Shown piece by piece: positions 9,406 to 17,942 of a stretch of 61,804 bases of DNA; within the stretch, counting starts at the first letter, position 1, and the number at the start of each line of letters is the position of its first letter. Position numbers and translations under genes: made by a program. Where the stretch lies: the IMG/VR virus record IMGVR_UViG_3300012920_000040, positions 1 to 61,804 of that record; one strand, written 5' to 3'. The notes beneath the pieces were generated by a model. It ran no database searches, had not been told where the DNA came from, and saw only the letters and a program-made list of their open reading frames with translations. This DNA comes from a virus (lineage: Duplodnaviria; Caudoviricetes).

Positions 9406-9593
9406 ATATTGATAAGGATAAGGGATTTGATGTTGACTTTGACATTCCAAAGGATCAAGTCCAAGAACTTCTTAAGAAGTATAAGAAGATCAAGAAGTAT
9501 CAGAAGTCTTCACTCTTTGCTGTGAAGACCATGGATGGTACTGAGAAGGTTGTCTCCAAGATGATTGAGGAGGCAGAGGAGGAGGGATTTTGA
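9402..9593 (+). CDS. Hypothetical protein
   Basis: ATGA-coupled to upstream gene. Confidence 0.7.
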   Translation: MNIDKDKGFDVDFDIPKDQVQELLKKYKKIKKYQKSSLFAVKTMDGTEKVVSKMIEEAEEEGF

Positions 9594-9793
9594 GAGTCCC
9601 TCTTGAGCACTATGAGGAGGGTGGTAGACCCAGAGACCCTGAGTACATCCTCATGCTCATCTCAGAACTAGAAGGGTCCTATCAGTCCCTGAAGTTCATG
9701 GGTTTCAAAGAAGATGCTGAGATCATCAATGAGATGAAGAAACCATACTACAAACTTTACTTCAAGACCAAGAAAGAAAGGGGCTTGACATAA
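9590..9793 (+). CDS. Hypothetical protein
   Basis: 67 aa, TTGA-coupled, GGAGG SD. Confidence 0.7.
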   Translation: MRVPLEHYEEGGRPRDPEYILMLISELEGSYQSLKFMGFKEDAEIINEMKKPYYKLYFKTKKERGLT

Positions 9794-9814
9794 ATAGCTA
9801 CAATGGTCTATACT
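9785..9814 (+). promoter_or_regulatory. Sigma70-like promoter for the riboswitch unit (nested late-like CATAAATA)
   Basis: TTGACA(9785)-N18-TATACT(9809); predicted +1 near 9821, the start of the aptamer. Confidence 0.8.
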
Positions 9815-9820
9815 AGACCT

Positions 9821-10048
9821 GTCGTTCATCAGACCTTAGGTCTGACGCAAGTAAGTCGCGGAACGGAGCGTTCATCCCATGGCAGAGTTCCTGTTGTACA
9901 CTAGCCTTCTATGTGAAGATGCTGATGCTATCATGCTCAGGATCGAAAAACATGACAGGTTGGAATCCAATATTAAATTGGAACTTGTTAAAACAATTAA
10001 GGAGTCTACTCCTCATTGTCCTTGGGACGCACACGACTAAAGGAACGG
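9821..10048 (+). ncRNA. Double glutamine riboswitch-like element (glnA / Downstream-peptide family)
   Basis: Two CGTTCA...GACGC...GGAACG cores (9823-9865; 9869-10047), stems TCAGACC/GGTCTGA, TCCCA/TGGGA, AGTCG/CGACT; upstream of a YRG-motif gene. Confidence 0.85.
9879..10040 (+). CDS. 53-aa ORF embedded in the riboswitch stem-loop (not in ORF track)
   Basis: MAEFLLYTSLLCEDADAIMLRIEKHDRLESNIKLELVKTIKESTPHCPWDAHD; GGAG at 9865-9868. Confidence 0.7.
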   Translation: MAEFLLYTSLLCEDADAIMLRIEKHDRLESNIKLELVKTIKESTPHCPWDAHD

Positions 10049-10080
10049 ATTAAAAACCCAACTACTTTAGGAGTAAACTA

Positions 10081-10248
10081 ATGAACACACTCAACCTCAT
10101 TAGAAAGCAGATCAAAAAGGCAGCTGCCCTTCATGATGCTCAGATCAGTCACACCTCATATCGTGGTGTTGAGTATGATACTCGTTGTGTAGAGTCTAAA
10201 GAGACTCATGGCACCTTCTGCTACCGTGGAAAGACTTATTCAAAGTGA
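10081..10248 (+). CDS. DUF4278-type small protein (IF17/GifB-related), 55 aa, not in ORF track
   Basis: MNTLNLIRKQIKKAAALHDAQISHTSYRGVEYDTRCVESKETHGTFCYRGKTYSK; two YRGxxY motifs; AGGAG SD. Confidence 0.85.
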   Translation: MNTLNLIRKQIKKAAALHDAQISHTSYRGVEYDTRCVESKETHGTFCYRGKTYSK

Positions 10249-10277
10249 TTGACAATCACAACTGAATAGTTTATACT
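10249..10277 (+). promoter_or_regulatory. Sigma70-like promoter
   Basis: TTGACA-N17-TATACT. Confidence 0.8.
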
Positions 10278-10304
10278 GGGAGGACTTATATCCTCCCTTT
10301 TTTT
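10278..10304 (+). terminator. Rho-independent terminator of riboswitch/DUF4278 unit
   Basis: GGGAGGA-CTTATA-TCCTCCC followed by T7. Confidence 0.9.
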
Positions 10305-10463
10305 ATGGAGAAAGACAATCTTAAAGCCATTCTCAGACAATTAAAAATGATTGTTGACGCCCTTGAGTCAGAGGTGTATTCTGATGTCAGTGCTTACACT
10401 AAGAATGAGGATTACCTTCCTCCCCTAGCAGACTATGATGAGGTATTTGAAGATGACGAATGA
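10305..10463 (+). CDS. Conserved cyanophage hypothetical protein (52 aa, not in ORF track)
   Basis: MEKDNLKAILRQLKMIVDALESEVYSD...DYDEVFEDDE. Confidence 0.75.
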   Translation: MEKDNLKAILRQLKMIVDALESEVYSDVSAYTKNEDYLPPLADYDEVFEDDE

Positions 10464-10683
10464 AGACTGGAGGTACACTGATGATCGTCTTGCCTTGAGG
10501 GGACAATGCCTCTTGGTTCTGATGAATAAATATGGAGGTCCTAGGATTGAGGAGCAAAACTATACCACACAAGACATCTATGAGTGTGCTGACACATGGA
10601 TATCACAGGGCAACAAATCAACAAGTGGAATAGTTGCTTACTTCAATGCCTACTTCAACAAAGGTTACACATCAAATGTATGA
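10453..10683 (+). CDS. Hypothetical protein
   Basis: MTNEDWRY...IYECADTW; GAGG SD. Confidence 0.75.
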   Translation: MTNEDWRYTDDRLALRGQCLLVLMNKYGGPRIEEQNYTTQDIYECADTWISQGNKSTSGIVAYFNAYFNKGYTSNV

Positions 10684-10852
10684 AGAACTAGACTCCTTTG
10701 AAAGAGCTTTACAACATTTTGGTACAAGAGTAGAATTTGCAATTGCCATGGAGATGGGTAGAAAGATTACTCCAGAAGAGGCATACCAACTCATCAAGTC
10801 AGAAGTAAAAGATCTTAAAAAGATTCGCAAACAGGAAAAAACAGTAGAATGA
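10676..10852 (+). CDS. Conserved cyanobacterial/cyanophage hypothetical protein
   Basis: LQHFGTRVE...MEMGRKITPEEAYQLIK. Confidence 0.75.
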   Translation: MYEELDSFERALQHFGTRVEFAIAMEMGRKITPEEAYQLIKSEVKDLKKIRKQEKTVE

Positions 10853-11484
10853 ATACAGCTAAACTTATCTCAGTTACCCCTGATGCTGAGCAGCACATAG
10901 CATATTGTGCACGTGTTTCTAATCCAAACAATCAGGACAGTGAAAAGTTTGCAGGACTTTTAAAGTATTGCATCAAGCACCAGCACTGGTCTATCTTTGA
11001 GCAGGCATTTATGTCCCTTGAGATTACCACTACAAGAGGACTGGCAGCTCAAGTGTTGCGTCATAGGTCATTCACATTTCAAGAATTCTCTCAGAGATAT
11101 GCGAGCACCAATCTCTTGAGCACTAATATTGATCTTCCTGAACTTAGACGCCAGGATGATAAGAACAGACAGAATAGTATTGATGATCTTGACCCTGAGA
11201 TTGTTGACAAACTCAACAGACAGATGATCACCCTATTCAGTTCTGCATCTAATCTCTACAATCAAATGCTGGATGCTGGCGTGGCAAAGGAGTGTGCTCG
11301 TTTTGTTCTCCCTTTGGCAGTTCCAACAAAAATGTACATGTCAGGTTCAATTCGATCTTGGATTCATTACATAGAATTGAGGTCAGCACATGGCACACAG
11401 AAAGAACATATGGATCTTGCTAACTCCTGTAAGGAGATTTTCAAGGAACAGTTCCCAGTCATTGCTGAAGCTCTGGATTGGTAA
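10849..11484 (+). CDS. thyX: Flavin-dependent thymidylate synthase
   Basis: HWSIFE, QVLRHRSFTFQEFSQRY signature. Confidence 0.98.
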   Translation: MNTAKLISVTPDAEQHIAYCARVSNPNNQDSEKFAGLLKYCIKHQHWSIFEQAFMSLEITTTRGLAAQVLRHRSFTFQEFSQRYASTNLLSTNIDLPELRRQDDKNRQNSIDDLDPEIVDKLNRQMITLFSSASNLYNQMLDAGVAKECARFVLPLAVPTKMYMSGSIRSWIHYIELRSAHGTQKEHMDLANSCKEIFKEQFPVIAEALDW

Positions 11485-11508
11485 TAAATATACACACACT
11501 ATGGAGAA

Positions 11509-11757
11509 ATGATGGCACAGTTTGATGTAGTCAACACAAAGACAGGAGAAACCAAAGTCATTGATGTAAGTGTTCATGACATTACACAATGGTATGAAGA
11601 CAATCCTGAATGGAAAAGGGATTGGTCTCAAGGTGCAGCAAGTTCTGTTGGTATGGTTGGTGAAGTGTATGATGTTCTCAAGAGAACTCATCCAGGTTGG
11701 AATGATGTACTAGCCAAAGCATCAAAAGCACCAGGTTCAAACGTAAAACCAATTTAA
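11509..11757 (+). CDS. Conserved hypothetical protein preceding phoH
   Basis: HPGWNDVL...KAPGS motif; GGAG SD; AATAAATA upstream. Confidence 0.8.
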   Translation: MMAQFDVVNTKTGETKVIDVSVHDITQWYEDNPEWKRDWSQGAASSVGMVGEVYDVLKRTHPGWNDVLAKASKAPGSNVKPI

Positions 11758-11761
11758 TTTT

Positions 11762-12526
11762 ATGCCAGCAAAGAAAAAGTCAGGAATTGGAAGCACCAAT
11801 CCAGTGCCATTTGGTATGAGCAACAGAGTTATGAAGAGAAAGAAACCAATCAACCTTGATTTCATCAAGAAGATTGAACCTCTTACAGAAAATCAAACAA
11901 CCTTTTTTGAAAGGTACAAGCAGCAACAAAACCTTGTTGCTTATGGGTGTGCAGGTACAGGTAAGACCTTTATCACCCTCTACAATGCCCTTCTGGATGT
12001 CTTAGACCCTAAGACACCCTATGAGAAGATCTACATTGTCAGGTCCCTTGTACCCACCAGAGAGATTGGTTTCCTTCCAGGTGACCATGAAGACAAGTCA
12101 TCCTTGTACCAGATCCCGTACAAGAACATGGTCAAGTACATGTTTGAGATGCCTGATGACCCTTCATTTGATATGCTCTATGCTAATTTGAAGGCACAAG
12201 GCACCATCTCTTTCTGGTCTACATCATTCATCAGGGGTACAACTCTTGATAATGTGATTGTAATTGTTGATGAGTTCCAGAACCTGAACTTCCATGAACT
12301 TGACTCAATGATTACTAGGGTGGGTGAGAATTCTAAGATTCATTTCTGTGGTGATGCTACTCAGTCTGACTTGACAAAACAGAATGAAAGGAATGGTATT
12401 GCAGACTTTATGAGAATCTTGCAGAATATGCCTTCCTTTGATACAATTGAGTTCTGTGCTGAAGACATCTGCAGAAGTGGTCTTGTCAAGGAGTACATTG
12501 TAGCTAAACTAGAACTAGGTATGTAA
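11762..12526 (+). CDS. phoH: PhoH-family ATPase
   Basis: GCAGTGKT, GFLPGD, IRGTT, DEFQN, CGDATQSD. Confidence 0.97.
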   Translation: MPAKKKSGIGSTNPVPFGMSNRVMKRKKPINLDFIKKIEPLTENQTTFFERYKQQQNLVAYGCAGTGKTFITLYNALLDVLDPKTPYEKIYIVRSLVPTREIGFLPGDHEDKSSLYQIPYKNMVKYMFEMPDDPSFDMLYANLKAQGTISFWSTSFIRGTTLDNVIVIVDEFQNLNFHELDSMITRVGENSKIHFCGDATQSDLTKQNERNGIADFMRILQNMPSFDTIEFCAEDICRSGLVKEYIVAKLELGM

Positions 12527-13212
12527 TGTTTAATCATGTTGAAATAGATTACCCATCTCTCACAAGGGAGATGGTTGATGGTGTTAGGTATTATGATACT
12601 CCTGATGGTGAGAAGTTAGTTTCTATTACATCTGTCATCAGTCATTATAACCGTGAGACATTCAGAGAGTGGAGAGCAAGGGTTGGTAATGATGAGGCAA
12701 ACAGAGTTACCAAACAAGCGACCAGTCGTGGCACAGACATGCACACACTGACTGAACATCATCTGTTGAATAAAAAACTTCCCACTGTTCAACCACTCTC
12801 TGAGTTTTTATTCAAACAATCCAAACCTTACCTTGATAATATTGATAACATCCATGCTATTGAGCAGTCCTTATACAGTAAGGAACTAGGAATTGCTGGG
12901 AGTGTTGACTGTATTGCTGAGTACACTGGTGAGTCAGGTGAACCTGAACTTGCTGTCATTGATTTCAAGACCAGTAAGAAACCTAAGCCTGAGGCATGGG
13001 TTCAAGGTTATTATGTACAATGTGCTGCCTACGCTTGCATGTTATATGAGATGACTGGTATAATGGTAAAGAAATTTGTAATTATTATGTCCTGTGAGGA
13101 TGGGCAGGTTGAAATTTATGAACAGTATAACAAAAGAAAGTACATCAACTTACTCTCAGAATATATTAGAGAATTTGTTGAATTCAAACTACAGGAATAT
13201 GGAAAAACCTGA
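12526..13212 (+). CDS. PD-(D/E)xK exonuclease
   Basis: RGTDMH, AGSVDC, VIDFKTS, Q-x-x-AY motifs. Confidence 0.92.
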   Translation: MFNHVEIDYPSLTREMVDGVRYYDTPDGEKLVSITSVISHYNRETFREWRARVGNDEANRVTKQATSRGTDMHTLTEHHLLNKKLPTVQPLSEFLFKQSKPYLDNIDNIHAIEQSLYSKELGIAGSVDCIAEYTGESGEPELAVIDFKTSKKPKPEAWVQGYYVQCAAYACMLYEMTGIMVKKFVIIMSCEDGQVEIYEQYNKRKYINLLSEYIREFVEFKLQEYGKT

Positions 13213-13468
13213 TGAACTCAATGTTGACAAGATCATAGAGAACAAGTTCTACTGCACACGTAGATTCTCTGAGGAGATTGAAAAGATCGCCAAAGAGAAT
13301 AAAGATATGAAGTACATGGACTCAATTGTTCTTTTCTGTGAAAGAAACAACATTGACATAGAATCAATCCCTAAATTGATTTCAAAACCATTGAAAGATA
13401 AATTGAGAGCAGAAGCAACTGAACTCAATCTGCTGAAGAAAACTTCTCATGCTAAACTACCTTTATGA
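13199..13468 (+). CDS. gp33: Late transcription coactivator gp33
   Basis: YMDSIVLFCE...KLISKPLKDKL; synteny exonuclease-33-59-32. Confidence 0.9.
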   Translation: MEKPDELNVDKIIENKFYCTRRFSEEIEKIAKENKDMKYMDSIVLFCERNNIDIESIPKLISKPLKDKLRAEATELNLLKKTSHAKLPL

Positions 13469-14076
13469 TTCCTAAAGTGAAACCCTTTGATGTGTACAAG
13501 AGTTATCTTGGATTGAAAAATCACTTTACAAAAGAGAAGTATGACTACCAAAAGTATGGTGGAAAGTCTAGAGCATCACTAGAGTCTTTTTATAAAAGGC
13601 GTGATAGATTTTTCTTTGAGAAACTTAGTAGACAAAAGAATGACAGTGAAGTAGTAGAATTCTTTGTCTCAAACTTTGTCACCTGTGATGATCCACAGTC
13701 CCTTTGGATTGGTGAGATTGTCAGGAATGGTGAGCAGAATTACACTGACTGGAAGAGGAGACTACAGTCTCTGTCATACACTTTCAAGTCAGAGATTGAA
13801 GATGTCTTTACAGGTAAAGACTTTGATGCTATGTTTAGGATTGAGGGGACCAAGCACCCTCAAATCATAAAGGAATTCCTGGGAAAGAATCTTTCTCTTG
13901 AAACTTTTGTCATCCTAAACAAGGTGATTGGGTTCAAAGATAACTTTGATAAGAAGTTGTCAGACCCTGTTTGGAAGTTCTTGTCTATGAGAATTAGCAA
14001 GTATGATTCCTTTATACATATTGATGTATTCAAATTTAAAAAGATCCTGAAGGAGGTTATTGTCCATGGCACTTGA
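13465..14076 (+). CDS. gp59: Helicase loader gp59
   Basis: YLGLKNHF..YDYQKYGGK, FFEKLS. Confidence 0.93.
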   Translation: MIPKVKPFDVYKSYLGLKNHFTKEKYDYQKYGGKSRASLESFYKRRDRFFFEKLSRQKNDSEVVEFFVSNFVTCDDPQSLWIGEIVRNGEQNYTDWKRRLQSLSYTFKSEIEDVFTGKDFDAMFRIEGTKHPQIIKEFLGKNLSLETFVILNKVIGFKDNFDKKLSDPVWKFLSMRISKYDSFIHIDVFKFKKILKEVIVHGT

Positions 14077-14251
14077 TAATGCAACTGTGCTTGAAAATTT
14101 GGTGGCACAAAAGTCAGAACTTGAGAAGTCTCTTGAAAGCAATAGAGAAATGTATCTCAAAGTTTGTGGTGCAATTGAAGTTCTCCAACAAATTGAAGAA
14201 GCAAATGCTGCACCTGAGGTATCAGAGACAGAGGTAGTAGGAGAGGAATGA
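14066..14251 (+). CDS. Hypothetical coiled-coil protein
   Basis: GGAGG SD; GAIEVLQQIE. Confidence 0.7.
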   Translation: MALDNATVLENLVAQKSELEKSLESNREMYLKVCGAIEVLQQIEEANAAPEVSETEVVGEE

Positions 14252-14580
14252 GTTTCTTTGAGTCAGATATAGTTCAAGCTGAGATGAAGGAGATTGCTGA
14301 ACTCCAGGAGCAAATTTACATGAAAGTGTTTGAGTTTGCTTCAATGACTAATGAGGATAAGATTGAGCATGTTGAAATGCTTGAGAATCTTCTTAAGAAG
14401 CAGCAGGTTCTTTACACCAGACTGAAATTATCTGATGACCCAGAGGCAAAGGTTATGAGGGATAATATCCTTCAGTCTGCCAAGGCACTGGGGTTCCCTG
14501 CTGATGTTGACCTGGCATATGTGTTCAATAATATGACACACATTGTGGACAACATGAAAAAGTCCTTGGGTGAGGGTTGA
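14248..14580 (+). CDS. DUF1825-like protein
   Basis: MSFFESDIVQAE...RLKLSDDPEA. Confidence 0.88.
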   Translation: MSFFESDIVQAEMKEIAELQEQIYMKVFEFASMTNEDKIEHVEMLENLLKKQQVLYTRLKLSDDPEAKVMRDNILQSAKALGFPADVDLAYVFNNMTHIVDNMKKSLGEG

Positions 14581-14605
14581 CACCCCACCCCATCCATCCT
14601 ATATT
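14577..14605 (+). promoter_or_regulatory. Sigma70-like promoter upstream of gene 32
   Basis: TTGACA-N17-TATATT. Confidence 0.75.
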
Positions 14606-14670
14606 AGAGGCTGCCTGATCCTCCACCAAGCTAAAGGGCACAGACCAAATACATTTAATACGAGGTACAA

Positions 14671-15612
14671 ATGGGTTTTTCAGACCTTAAAAAACAGTCT
14701 TCTCTTGGTTCCCTGACAGCTAAGCTGGTCAAGGAAGTAGAAAAATCAAATAAAGGGGGAGGTGGTACAGATGACCGCCTCTGGAAACCAGAGATGGACA
14801 AAAGTGGTAATGGATATGCTGTTATTCGTTTCCTGCCTGCACCTGAAGGGGAAGATCTTCCTTGGGTGAAACTGTTCTCCCACGCCTTCCAGGGTCCTGG
14901 TGGTTGGTACATTGAGATCTCTTTGACTACCATTGGTGGCAAAGATCCTATTGGTGAACTCAACCGTGAGTTGTGGAACAGTGGCAGTGATGCTAACAAA
15001 GAGATTGTGCGCAAGCAGAAGCGCAAACTGTCCTTCTATGCCAACATCTATGTTGTGCAGGACAAAGCAAACCCACAGAATGAAGGCAAAGTCTTCCTGT
15101 ATAAGTTTGGTAAGAAGATCTTTGACAAGATCATGGAAGCAATGCAACCTGAGTTTGAGGATGAGACTCCCATCAACCCCTTTGACTTCTGGCAGGGTGC
15201 TAACTTCAAACTGAAGTTGAAGAAAGTTGCAGGTTACTGGAACTATGATGCTTCTGAATTTGCACCAACAAGTCCACTGCTGGATGATGATGATGCAATG
15301 GAAGCCATCTGGAAGAAGCAGTATTCACTCACTGCTTTCACAGCACCTGATCAGTTCAAGTCCTATGATGAACTGAAGAAGCGTCTTGATTATGTACTGG
15401 GCACTAAGCCCCAACGCAGCAATCCAGTAGAGGAAGAGACAGAGTATGACAACTATGCAGCCACTGAACGTAAATCAGTTAGTGAAGAGGAGGTCATGCA
15501 AAAGCTTGAAGACTCTTACAAGGCAGCAAAGGAACCAACTCTCCCAGACACATCCTCTTCTGATGACGACGATGATCCTATGTCTTACTTTGCAAAACTT
15601 GCTGACAGTTGA
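14671..15612 (+). CDS. gp32: Single-stranded DNA-binding protein gp32
   Basis: DKSGNGYAVIRFLP, FGKKIFDKI, NPFDFWQGANFKLK, acidic tail. Confidence 0.97.
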   Translation: MGFSDLKKQSSLGSLTAKLVKEVEKSNKGGGGTDDRLWKPEMDKSGNGYAVIRFLPAPEGEDLPWVKLFSHAFQGPGGWYIEISLTTIGGKDPIGELNRELWNSGSDANKEIVRKQKRKLSFYANIYVVQDKANPQNEGKVFLYKFGKKIFDKIMEAMQPEFEDETPINPFDFWQGANFKLKLKKVAGYWNYDASEFAPTSPLLDDDDAMEAIWKKQYSLTAFTAPDQFKSYDELKKRLDYVLGTKPQRSNPVEEETEYDNYAATERKSVSEEEVMQKLEDSYKAAKEPTLPDTSSSDDDDDPMSYFAKLADS

Positions 15613-15633
15613 GGAAATTCAATAATTGATTTC

Positions 15634-15668
15634 AAAATCCTGGGAAAAATTTTTCCAGGATTTTTTTT
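15634..15668. terminator. Hairpin between convergent gp32 and gp53 (probably bidirectional terminator)
   Basis: AAAATCCTGG...CCAGGATTTT with T run. Confidence 0.75.
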
Positions 15669-15682
15669 GTCTATTAGATTTT

Positions 15683-16351
15683 TTATTCAAACATTCTAAT
15701 GTTCTCACCCCTTACCAAACTGCGTGAGACATATTGTGATGATCCCTCTAGGTAGGGCATTTTTTGCTCTAACTCATCAATAACTAAACCAACATAAAAA
15801 TCTTTGAGTAAGTATATATTTCTCTTGCTATCTTCTAACTTACTTTCATACTCAAAATTAGTTACAGGTAATACTCTACTGATAGTTTGTTGTTGCTGTA
15901 ATCCTTCATCATAAAATGTTATTGAGAAATTCTCTGGAACCTCAAGACCACCAGGCATAATGACATCACCTGTGCTATCAAGAATTCTTACTGACTCATA
16001 GTGATGCACTTGTACAAACTCTGACTCAGTGCCATACTTGTCAAGCATATAGTTTTGGAAACTCTCATTTGTAAGAGGCCATTCAGTTTCAATGTTGACT
16101 ATGTTATTGGTCAACAATATAATCCAATCTAAGTTTGCATCCTTATAGAATTTCCTTGCTACATTATCTGGTCTGTCATCACCCTCAATTTTATACTGAG
16201 AAAAGTTTGCAATGTTATTAAGCAATGCAGAATTAATTTCACCTCTCTTGAAGAGGTTTTTTGTTGTAGTGTACTCACCAATAATCCTGGCATCAGGTGT
16301 TCTACTGACATAATCAAAATTAGGTATATAACTAAAATATTTTTGTGCCAT
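15683..16351 (-). CDS. gp53: Baseplate wedge protein gp53
   Basis: YFSYIPN, DRPDNVA..FY..LDWIILLTN..EWPL, HHYE. Confidence 0.93.
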   Translation of the reverse strand: MAQKYFSYIPNFDYVSRTPDARIIGEYTTTKNLFKRGEINSALLNNIANFSQYKIEGDDRPDNVARKFYKDANLDWIILLTNNIVNIETEWPLTNESFQNYMLDKYGTESEFVQVHHYESVRILDSTGDVIMPGGLEVPENFSITFYDEGLQQQQTISRVLPVTNFEYESKLEDSKRNIYLLKDFYVGLVIDELEQKMPYLEGSSQYVSRSLVRGENIRMFE

Positions 16352-16353
16352 TT

Positions 16354-17925
16354 TTAGAATCCCATGTCTGTTGCAGAATCACCATACTCATCAGCATATA
16401 TTGGATTGAGTTCAGTAAATGATAATGTAATTTCATATGCTGTAAGTGAACCTGTGGAACCAAACACCATGTATGAACCATCTGGTGTATAGTTTACATT
16501 GAAAGATGTCAAGGCACAGGGTTTAATCTTATTTAGATAGGGATGTTGACCCCCACCTTTATATTGATACTGAATATCAAATACCCTTGGACTCATAAGG
16601 AATAGTTCTTTACCCCTTTGAACAGCACTGTTTCTTTTAAATGCCCTAATCATTTTTCTAATTGATTGTGACTCATCTTTATTTCTAGGTGTCAGTCTAA
16701 AGTTAAAGTTAAATGATCTAAGTGATGGACCACTGAATAGCAACTCAAGGTTAGGATTAATGATAGCACCAGTAGATCTTCCAAGTATATTTGCACCTAC
16801 TGCTTGACCTGCAAAAAATGCCACCAATGCTGCTTTAGTTGTGTCATTTTTATTAATTAAATTATTAATAGCATCTTTTCCCTGTTGGATTGCACCTTTC
16901 AATCTCAGATTACTACCCTCACCTATAAGTTCAATTATTCCACCAGAAAGGTCAGCAAAACCTTTTTGAATATCATTGAGTTGGTCTGAAGTCCAACTCA
17001 CTGAATTTGTTTCAGAAATTGTTGGTTGTATAGGTAAAATTATTGTTTCATATTTTGTACCAGCATGTGTATATGTTTTTGTTGTTAAACTTACACCACT
17101 AGGATTGTAATCATATGCAGTGAATGAAACAAAATCATACTCAAGACCTGCTGGTGGTTCTATTGAGGGATAAGTTATAAGAGCACCCTCATCTCCACCT
17201 GTGTTTGTGCTTCCATCAAATGCATCTATATTTACATCATTAACAGTAATAGGTTCACTGCTTTCATCATCTCTAGTATCATCACCTGTGGTGCCACCAC
17301 CACCATTATTGCCATCTAAACTTCCTGTTCCTGTGGAAGAATCAGTTCCAGTGCCAATATTGTCACCTCCTGATCCATCTCCAGCACCACCATCACCAGA
17401 ATTAGACCCATTGCCACCACCACTTAGTGGAACTGTTGCTAATGAATCATTATCTGGATCAGGTAAAGCAGTTGGATTAACAACTCTTGTATTAGTTACA
17501 GTCCCATCAGAATTTACTCTTTCCTGATTTCCTGTTGGGTTTGATGTAAATGGTACTCTGTTATCATAGAATCCCTGTCTTTCATTTAAACTTGATGTAC
17601 CTGGTTTGTTTAGAACAGCTGCTCTATCATTGTTAAATTTTCTTGCTCCATCACCAAAGAATTGATTCTCAAATTGCGCTTCAGTGTAAGGGAGTTGACC
17701 ATTATCATCTCTTTCATTATTAATTTCTCTTCTATATCTTGCACTATCTACTAGACGCCAATCACTCTTACCATCTTTTGGCACAGATTCTGCTATTAGC
17801 ACACCACCAAGTCCACCCAATGGTCCAAATCCTTTACTATAGATTTGAATTCTACCAGTGGTTGTATTAGTATAGGTGTCTACTGCTACTCCATTCCAAG
17901 TACTTTCTTGAAAAATTTCTGCCAT
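16354..17925 (-). CDS. gp48: Baseplate tail-tube cap gp48-like, with N-terminal extension and Gly/Ser/Asp linker
   Basis: NPNLELLFSGPSLRSFNFNF, KPCALTSFNVNYTPDG; likely ATG at 17925 after minus-strand CTAAATA. Confidence 0.88.
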   Translation of the reverse strand: MAEIFQESTWNGVAVDTYTNTTTGRIQIYSKGFGPLGGLGGVLIAESVPKDGKSDWRLVDSARYRREINNERDDNGQLPYTEAQFENQFFGDGARKFNNDRAAVLNKPGTSSLNERQGFYDNRVPFTSNPTGNQERVNSDGTVTNTRVVNPTALPDPDNDSLATVPLSGGGNGSNSGDGGAGDGSGGDNIGTGTDSSTGTGSLDGNNGGGGTTGDDTRDDESSEPITVNDVNIDAFDGSTNTGGDEGALITYPSIEPPAGLEYDFVSFTAYDYNPSGVSLTTKTYTHAGTKYETIILPIQPTISETNSVSWTSDQLNDIQKGFADLSGGIIELIGEGSNLRLKGAIQQGKDAINNLINKNDTTKAALVAFFAGQAVGANILGRSTGAIINPNLELLFSGPSLRSFNFNFRLTPRNKDESQSIRKMIRAFKRNSAVQRGKELFLMSPRVFDIQYQYKGGGQHPYLNKIKPCALTSFNVNYTPDGSYMVFGSTGSLTAYEITLSFTELNPIYADEYGDSATDMGF

Positions 17926-17942
17926 TGTTACAAGACGTCCAT

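Noticed and set aside
123-11484. Introns or inteins in psbA, psbD or thyX
   Set aside because: All three reading frames are continuous and of normal length
12526-13212. Cas4-like nuclease as a CRISPR component
   Set aside because: Standard T4-like exonuclease in the phoH-exo-33-59 block; no array
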